From positions 1 through 64,000 of IMG/VR virus record IMGVR_UViG_3300043570_003132: DNA of 64,000 bases; one strand, written 5' to 3'. The notes below the pieces were generated by a model. The model saw nothing but the letters and a program-made list of their open reading frames with translations, searched no databases and was not told the origin of the DNA. The first letter of the stretch is position 1; every line of letters begins with the position of its first letter. The stretch comes from an uncultured virus (IMG/VR IMGVR_UViG_3300043570_003132) (Duplodnaviria > Heunggongvirae > Uroviricota > Caudoviricetes). The position numbers and the translations under genes are program-made. Of this stretch, positions 57,582-64,000 are shown piece by piece.

Positions 57582-58613
57582 TTAAGTAAATGTTACTGTT
57601 CCAGTACCTGCTGTTATTTGATATATTTTATTTAATCCAGATGTAATAGTTGTAACGGTTAAACCATTACTAAATGTTCCGATATAAGAATTAGGTACAC
57701 TAATAATTACTACACCACTTCCACCTGCGCCACCTGCACTAGTACCTCCACTAGTAGTTGATGCACCACCACCTCCACCACCTGTGTTAGCCGTGCCGGC
57801 AACACCGGGATTGTTTAAATTCGGAGTACCACCTGCACCACCACCTCCCAAACCACCTGTACTTGCTGTACCAGGAGGGTTATGACTACCACCACCGCCA
57901 CCGCCACCAATATAATAATTACCTCCTGAATTTTGACCTATAGTACTTCCTGATATTGTGTTTTGAATACCAGCACCACCATTACCACATGCATCTTGTG
58001 TTCCGGTTCCGCCAACGGCTCCTGCACCGCCACCTCCACCATGATTGTACGCCGCTGTACTGGTACATGGTCCACCATCATAACCTTGTCTAGTTGCACT
58101 TATATAAGATGATCCGGGGTATATTCCATATCCATTTGTTTTTGATTCAGCGGCACCACCACCACTACCACCATTACCACCATTACCACCATCAAAACTA
58201 GAACCACCACCACCACCAACTGCGGTAGATGATCTAAATATTGTGTCTGATCCATTACCACCAACATTTGGATTTCCTCCTGCACCACCTGCACCTACCG
58301 TAATACTATAAGTATTGTTTATACTTAGGGTATCTGTTCCACTTATATACCCACCGGCACCACCACCCGCACCATGTCTATATCCACCACCACCACCTCC
58401 AGCAACAAGTAGAAATTGAGCATTAAAATTTGGTGATTTAACAGTTTGCCAAATTGCACCGGTACTATCATACCACTCAGGTTCTCCTATTGTACTATTA
58501 AATCTAAACATACCCGCACTTGGTGATGCTGGTCTTTGTGCTGTTGTTCCACTAGGAAGTTTTAATGATCCAGTTCCCGACATTATAATATCACCTAATG
58601 TATTTATTCCCAT
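57582..58613 (-). CDS. Glycine-rich tail-fibre-like protein
   Basis: LPSGTTAQRP module, LVAGGGGGG, ITVGAGG, NTGGGGGG, GGSGVVII. Confidence 0.8.
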   Translation of the reverse strand: MGINTLGDIIMSGTGSLKLPSGTTAQRPASPSAGMFRFNSTIGEPEWYDSTGAIWQTVKSPNFNAQFLLVAGGGGGGYRHGAGGGAGGYISGTDTLSINNTYSITVGAGGAGGNPNVGGNGSDTIFRSSTAVGGGGGSSFDGGNGGNGGSGGGAAESKTNGYGIYPGSSYISATRQGYDGGPCTSTAAYNHGGGGGAGAVGGTGTQDACGNGGAGIQNTISGSTIGQNSGGNYYIGGGGGGGSHNPPGTASTGGLGGGGAGGTPNLNNPGVAGTANTGGGGGGASTTSGGTSAGGAGGSGVVIISVPNSYIGTFSNGLTVTTITSGLNKIYQITAGTGTVTFT

Positions 58614-58640
58614 ATTGATAAATATTTGTTTTATTGTGTT

Positions 58641-59459
58641 TTAACAATGTGTACAACTTGGATCATAATTATAAAGTGCACATCCACTACCGCAATCAAA
58701 CCATTGCTCAAACTTTTCTCTTGTTGCTTGATAATTTTGTATAATTTCAGTTGAGGTTAATGGTCTATTATATATCATAACAATAGATAAGTTACCGTCT
58801 AAATATTCTGCAGTTCCTGGTGAAACCCCTATAATTGTACTACCTGTCTTTGTTTTTAATTGACCTCCTGAGGAATGTGCAGAACTAGTGAATAATGCAC
58901 CGTCGAGATAAGTTTTTAATGTTGTATTGTCATATGTTCCACTATAAAAATGCCATTGAGAGAGTGGAGCATTTGTTACAATTCCTGTTGTAGCGCTAGA
59001 TGAATTTGTAATGTTAAAATATAAACTAGTACCATTATTTGTACCACCGGCATAATTTTCTCTTCCATATCTAAATTCAAAACCACCAATTCTATCATCA
59101 CTAACACCATTGGTTACAACACCTCTATATGGACCTGTTCCACCACCATTCTTATGCCAAACACAAAGAGTTATACCATTAGTATATGAATAGTTTTCCA
59201 TACCAGTTGTTGTAACATAGTTATTTGAATAATTGAAAGCAAAATTACTAACATATGAATTACTAAAAGTTGGACTATTAATTAATGTTCCATTATAGGC
59301 GTTACCACTTAAATCAGTCCATGCAGTTCCAGTGCCAGAATATGAATTACCATCAGTAGCATTTAAATATAAAAGTAAACCGTTGGTGACTACATTACTT
59401 GATGATACAATATTTGCACCTAACGTACTGAATAACTCACCATTTATATTAAATGCCAT
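58641..59459 (-). CDS. LamG domain protein with C-terminal four-Cys tail
   Basis: GLLLYLNA, WTDLSGN, WHFYSGTYD, YNRPL; ends DCGSGCALYNYDPSCTHC. Confidence 0.85.
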   Translation of the reverse strand: MAFNINGELFSTLGANIVSSSNVVTNGLLLYLNATDGNSYSGTGTAWTDLSGNAYNGTLINSPTFSNSYVSNFAFNYSNNYVTTTGMENYSYTNGITLCVWHKNGGGTGPYRGVVTNGVSDDRIGGFEFRYGRENYAGGTNNGTSLYFNITNSSSATTGIVTNAPLSQWHFYSGTYDNTTLKTYLDGALFTSSAHSSGGQLKTKTGSTIIGVSPGTAEYLDGNLSIVMIYNRPLTSTEIIQNYQATREKFEQWFDCGSGCALYNYDPSCTHC

Positions 59460-59469
59460 AATTAATTTT

Positions 59470-60150
59470 TTATACTCCCAATCTATTTCTAAAAACTTGA
59501 TAATTTTGTAAAATTTCCGCCGCTGTTAATTCTCTATTATAAACTAATAAAAATGAAACATTACCATCAGAAAATTCACTAGAACCTAAATGACCACCTA
59601 ATGAAAACCCATTAGGTCCTGCGGTTCCGGTAGTATTAGTTGTGTTTAATGCACCATTAATATACAATTTATATGTTCCTCCAATTACACCCGTTCCAGC
59701 ATATATTCTCCAATTTGTATCGGAACCACCTTGTGCTTCATTAGTTATCCATCCCGCAGAATAATATGCCGCCACGCTATTACCCCAATGACCTAATAAC
59801 CAATTATTATTTAACGCAGATATTATTCTTCCAGAACCATTCGCATATCTTGATGCTCCAATAACAGTAAAATTAGATGAAGTTAAATTTATACTACTAT
59901 TTCTAAAATGTGCACCAGCCGCGGTAGTTACCATCCTTCCTCCTGTTGTTAAACTCCAAGTTGGACTACTATTAAATGTAAAATTATTACCATTACCACT
60001 TAAATCGTACCATGTTGTTCCGGTACCAGGATATGAATTTGAATTAGCGGCATCTATATAACAAATCAAATTAGTTGTAACTATATTTTTATAATTAAAG
60101 TATTTTGTCCCGTTTGATGTTAATATATTTCCGTTTACGTTTAATGGCAT
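59470..60150 (-). CDS. LamG domain protein
   Basis: YIDAANSNSYPGTGTTWYDLSGNGN, LYINGAL, YNRELT..EI.QNY. Confidence 0.85.
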   Translation of the reverse strand: MPLNVNGNILTSNGTKYFNYKNIVTTNLICYIDAANSNSYPGTGTTWYDLSGNGNNFTFNSSPTWSLTTGGRMVTTAAGAHFRNSSINLTSSNFTVIGASRYANGSGRIISALNNNWLLGHWGNSVAAYYSAGWITNEAQGGSDTNWRIYAGTGVIGGTYKLYINGALNTTNTTGTAGPNGFSLGGHLGSSEFSDGNVSFLLVYNRELTAAEILQNYQVFRNRLGV

Positions 60151-60153
60151 TTC

Positions 60154-60447
60154 TTAATATTTTTGTATTATATTTTCAATCCAATTTATCACATCACTCT
60201 CTAACCATTCATCACCAACTAATGGCCCAAATGGTGTTAAATTATGTATCATTATTGCCCTATTTTTTATATCATCCACAGTCACTTCAATTAAACTATC
60301 TGGAATAAAATAATTTCTATCTTCCTCATTTGGTATAAAGGCAATATTTGTACCATTATCCATATCTAATGGAAGTGGAAATTCAATAAAATCAGGTTTT
60401 AAACTATCTTTTCCTATTCTGTGATTTTTATATTCGTAAAATGGCAT
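60154..60447 (-). CDS. Hypothetical protein
   Basis: 97-aa ORF in operon spacing. Confidence 0.6.
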   Translation of the reverse strand: MPFYEYKNHRIGKDSLKPDFIEFPLPLDMDNGTNIAFIPNEEDRNYFIPDSLIEVTVDDIKNRAIMIHNLTPFGPLVGDEWLESDVINWIENIIQKY

Positions 60448-60450
60448 AAT

Positions 60451-61629
60451 TTAATTTTTAAAATATAATGATGCTGCAGTTGATGATGATCCCCATTGTA
60501 CGCTACCAGCAGACGCTGCGGAGTTACCCGTCCACGGATGTAAATTTGTATACCAAGATGACGCACCTACCGTCCAACATATTGGATATCCAGCACTTGA
60601 TGTTTTAGTTCCCAACAATAAAGTGCTACCTGAACCAACTGGTGAATTGTGATCACTTATCCATATTGAAGTTGTATGAGCACATCTACTTTGTTCTGTT
60701 GGGACATACCGATATCCATAATCCCATGTACCGTCATTTGCGGCATCAACATAAATGTCATATGGTTGTGATGTAGTTGGTAGTGCATCTGTACCCCAAT
60801 TAGGTAATGATGAAAAGATTATTTTTAATGCACCCGCACCATAGTTCATAAGTGGATCCGCACTACCGGTAACTCTCCATAATGTTGTAAGTGAACTTTT
60901 TAAAATATTAATATCTGTACTTGGTATTTTTCCTGCAGATAAACCAATTTGACTTGACGTCCAAGAACCACCAGCATTTACACCTCCAGCACCTGATAAA
61001 TCAGTTGTATTATACCATTGAACTGCTTTAACCCATGGACCATCTGGTTTATCAAAGATAATATACGCTTGAAATGCTGTGTTAGAACCTGATACAAATT
61101 TTAACCAATAAACACCATTTGGTGCCGCCGGATTAAGTGCTTTTATCACACTTGCAGAAGGTGCCGCAGTTTCAGCAGATGAACCATTTAATGCTGACAT
61201 ATAAATCCAATCGGTTCCTGTATAAACTTCAGCTAACCCAACACTTGTGTTAAATCTAACCATACCTGACAATGGTGATGATGGTCTTTGACCTGTTGTT
61301 CCTTTTGGTAACGTTAATGATCCCGTACCAGATAAAATCATATCTCCATTAAAATTAGAACTACCGTCAGAATGGCAAAGATTTATTTTAGCTAGTCCTC
61401 CTCCAATAAATGCGGTGGAATTGGCTTTCACATCAACTGCACCTGCAACTGTTAATGTTGTATCAATATTTCTATTATAAATTCCCCAAATTGCAGCATC
61501 ACCCCAATTCATTAACCAACAATCATTATTATTATCATTTGATTTAATAATTGCATTATCAACTGATGTGTTTCCAACATAAGTTTGAACGTTTGCCCCT
61601 GAACCTAAATGTGATGAGTTTACTCCCAT
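60451..61629 (-). CDS. Mosaic tail-fibre/adhesin protein
   Basis: LPKGTTGQRP module shared with 57582-58613; AAPSASVIKALNPAAPNGVYWLK shared with 55695-56414. Confidence 0.7.
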   Translation of the reverse strand: MGVNSSHLGSGANVQTYVGNTSVDNAIIKSNDNNNDCWLMNWGDAAIWGIYNRNIDTTLTVAGAVDVKANSTAFIGGGLAKINLCHSDGSSNFNGDMILSGTGSLTLPKGTTGQRPSSPLSGMVRFNTSVGLAEVYTGTDWIYMSALNGSSAETAAPSASVIKALNPAAPNGVYWLKFVSGSNTAFQAYIIFDKPDGPWVKAVQWYNTTDLSGAGGVNAGGSWTSSQIGLSAGKIPSTDINILKSSLTTLWRVTGSADPLMNYGAGALKIIFSSLPNWGTDALPTTSQPYDIYVDAANDGTWDYGYRYVPTEQSRCAHTTSIWISDHNSPVGSGSTLLLGTKTSSAGYPICWTVGASSWYTNLHPWTGNSAASAGSVQWGSSSTAASLYFKN

Positions 61630-61632
61630 CTC

Positions 61633-63999
61633 TTATGATTTTTTAGGTGTTGCAATATTAGGGTTAACTTCAGTTAAAGCAAACTTATATACTTTACCCT
61701 TCTTATTATTATATAAGAATAAATCATCTTCACCTTCCACTATTGTCCAATCACCAATTCCGTTGTTTAAGGATAAATCCGACGTATAAACTGTACTCCA
61801 ACGATATGTTGCCGAACCTAAATCTCTTGTTCCATTTGCTTCAGGTAAAACGTTACCTGCTACCGTTAATGTTGAACCGTCAAATGTTAAATTGGCTTCA
61901 GCATTTAATGTAACTCCACCGGCACTTGTCATTATTCTATTGTCAACAGCATTTGTAATTGTTGTTGTACCACTGGAACCTGAAGAACCGTTACTACCAC
62001 TAGAACCTGATGTTCCTGAACTACCGTTAGAACCTGAAGAACCACTAGTTCCTGATGACCCTGAACTACCCGATGTTCCACTAGAACCTGATGAACCGTT
62101 AGATCCACTAGAACCTGATGTACCACTAGACCCTGAAGAACCATTTGAACCTGATGTTCCTGAAGATCCACTAGTACCTGATGTTGCTGCAGTATATGAT
62201 GTTCCGTTTATTGATAATGAACCAGTTATACTTAAACTACCTGTAACTTGATGTGTGTCATCTAATGTATCACCAAATTTTGTTGATCCTGAAGAATACA
62301 TAACAGATGATGTAACATATGTCATGAAAAGTTCGTCAGCCGTAATTGCCCCTTTAACTTTTAATGAACCTGTAATCTCAACATTTTTAGTTGCCGACCA
62401 TATAGACCCTGTTTGTGCGAATATTGAATCTCCCGATGAACCACTTGAACCATTGGAACCTGAACTACCTGATGTTCCACTTGATCCTGAAGTACCTGAA
62501 GTACCGCCTGATCCAGATGATCCTGATCCACCGCTAGAACCTGATGTACCTGATGTTGCGGACGTATATGATAGACCACCAATTGTAACTCCATTTGTAA
62601 AATTAGCTGAACCCGATACGATAATATCGTCACCAAAAACAACACTATTACCACCTGAACTTAATATTTTAGATCCGTCTTGTAGTACAATATTTCCTCT
62701 AACATCAACCGAACCCGTCGTTGGGTCAATTAATATATTACCTCCACCCGATGACTTTAATTGAATATCTCCATCCACAGTTTGGAATGTGATTGTATCT
62801 GTACCTTGTTCTAAAATCTTAATTGATTGACCGTTGTCGGTTGTAATCTGTAATTCTTGGTTTGTACTACCTAAAACTTTTTGTCCGTCAATGTATAATG
62901 ATGCACTTGATAAGTATAAGTGTCTAAATGGATTTGACTCACTACCCAAATCAAATGAACCACTACCTACAGGTACAATTGACCCACTGAATGTTTGAGT
63001 TCCTTTAAACGTATTTGAACCTGTGATTGCAAAACCTAAATTTGTTCCTTGAACACTTGAACTTACAATATTACTACTTAATAGAGCTGAAGATAAATCC
63101 ACCGCTCCACTAACCATATGTCCACCTCTAACTACATTCACACTACCTGAAACTGCAAGTGGGAAATAAACATTAAGATTATTATTATCAACAGATTCTA
63201 TTCTACTTGGTATGATTATACTTCTACTATCGTCCCAAACCGTAACAACAGGGAAATCAATACCTAAATTGTGGAATACCGACCATGTTGCTAATGATGC
63301 GAATGTTTGTGTTGCTCCACCTATTCCATCTCTACCACTTGTTCCTGATGTACCTGAAGTACCACCTGAACCTGATGAACCCGAACCACCACTGGTTCCT
63401 GAAGAACCATTAATACCACTTGTTCCTGAAGAACCATTAATACCACTAGTTCCTGATGAACCACTAGTTCCAGATGAACCACTTGTACCTGATGTACCCG
63501 CAGTTCCCGCTCCACCTACAGTTACACTTATTGTTCCCTCTTGTGCAAATGGGAAATATACACTTATATTATTTGTGTCTGTTGAAATTATTTCACTTGG
63601 GATTACAATACGTCCGTCATTATCAAATACTTGAACTGATGGATATCTAACACCCATTTGGTGATTAAATGACCATGTGGCTGCTGCAACACTAACGTTT
63701 TGTGTTTTTGTTTGTCCATTTAATACAACGGCGTTTAAAGCATGTGATGCCGTTAATGCGTATGATGAACTTGCAATTGTTGTTGTTGAACTTGATACGT
63801 ATGAATTAAACCATGACTCATCTAACTTACCTGTTCCAACAACTGCACCATTAACGTATAATGATCCAGTAATCTTTACAGATCCAGTAAAATTATGATT
63901 ATCGTCAAATGTATTACCAAATGCTGTTGAACCTGATTCAAATAATACTGAAGACGTAACTAATGCCGTATGAATTTCTTTTGCTGTAAGTGTTCCTGT
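61633..63999 (-). CDS. Large tail fibre-like protein with Ser/Gly triplet repeats (5' end outside window)
   Basis: Frame stays open from 63657 to the window edge (TGTLTAKEIHTALVTSSVLFESGSTAFG...); three X-Y-Gly tracts; DLGS motifs; C-terminal GDWTIVEGEDDLFLYN..GKVYKF. Confidence 0.85.
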   Translation of the reverse strand, partial: TGTLTAKEIHTALVTSSVLFESGSTAFGNTFDDNHNFTGSVKITGSLYVNGAVVGTGKLDESWFNSYVSSSTTTIASSSYALTASHALNAVVLNGQTKTQNVSVAAATWSFNHQMGVRYPSVQVFDNDGRIVIPSEIISTDTNNISVYFPFAQEGTISVTVGGAGTAGTSGTSGSSGTSGSSGTSGINGSSGTSGINGSSGTSGGSGSSGSGGTSGTSGTSGRDGIGGATQTFASLATWSVFHNLGIDFPVVTVWDDSRSIIIPSRIESVDNNNLNVYFPLAVSGSVNVVRGGHMVSGAVDLSSALLSSNIVSSSVQGTNLGFAITGSNTFKGTQTFSGSIVPVGSGSFDLGSESNPFRHLYLSSASLYIDGQKVLGSTNQELQITTDNGQSIKILEQGTDTITFQTVDGDIQLKSSGGGNILIDPTTGSVDVRGNIVLQDGSKILSSGGNSVVFGDDIIVSGSANFTNGVTIGGLSYTSATSGTSGSSGGSGSSGSGGTSGTSGSSGTSGSSGSNGSSGSSGDSIFAQTGSIWSATKNVEITGSLKVKGAITADELFMTYVTSSVMYSSGSTKFGDTLDDTHQVTGSLSITGSLSINGTSYTAATSGTSGSSGTSGSNGSSGSSGTSGSSGSNGSSGSSGTSGSSGSSGTSGSSGSNGSSGTSGSSGSNGSSGSSGTTTITNAVDNRIMTSAGGVTLNAEANLTFDGSTLTVAGNVLPEANGTRDLGSATYRWSTVYTSDLSLNNGIGDWTIVEGEDDLFLYNNKKGKVYKFALTEVNPNIATPKKS
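61969..62184 (-). repeat. 24 X-Y-Gly (Ser/Thr-rich) triplets
   Basis: 9-bp periodic coding repeat; further tracts at about 62431-62556 and 63320-63515. Confidence 0.9.
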
Positions 64000-64000
64000 A

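Noticed and set aside
54764..61629. Diversity-generating retroelement acting on adhesins
   Set aside because: No reverse transcriptase and no TR/VR pair with adenine-specific mismatches seen in the window
61892..63898. Plus-strand Pro/Glu-rich ORFs and short alternative-frame ORFs
   Set aside because: Shadows of the minus-strand fibre gene, whose frame is open to the window edge
1..64000. tRNA, rRNA or structured ncRNA genes
   Set aside because: Intergenic gaps are short and AT-rich; the largest is explained by a pseudogene; no cloverleaf seen by eye (covariance search not run)

Overview
Very AT-rich, gene-dense segment in standard genetic code. It is most consistent with a large tailed bacteriophage; a Bacteroidota-type host is inferred from the lack of Shine-Dalgarno motifs. 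No rRNA, tRNA, CRISPR, transposase or core replication/capsid genes were seen. About 1-54.7 kb is a large surface-glycan and tailoring-enzyme region: many glycosyltransferases, NDP-sugar epimerases, methyltransferases, about 9 SGNH-like proteins, about 7 2OG-Fe(II)-type oxygenase domains, sulfotransferases with APS kinase, a carbamoyltransferase, 3 radical SAM proteins and a split TPP enzyme. It is interrupted by a Ser/Gly-triplet tail-fibre gene (8.2-9.7 kb). 54.7-64 kb holds an array of LamG/glycine-rich adhesin-like genes and a second, partial, Ser/Gly fibre gene. The three most notable observations are: (1) a circularly permuted ATP-grasp - Hint - 39-aa six-Cys peptide fusion at 19558-21093; (2) a shared K/N-rich-[LI][LIV]-COOH ending on nearly all unrelated enzymes around that gene; (3) proline-free Gly-X-Y Ser/Thr collagen-like fibres next to a TibC/AAH-type protein O-heptosyltransferase. 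All functional calls come from motif recognition by eye, not database searches.
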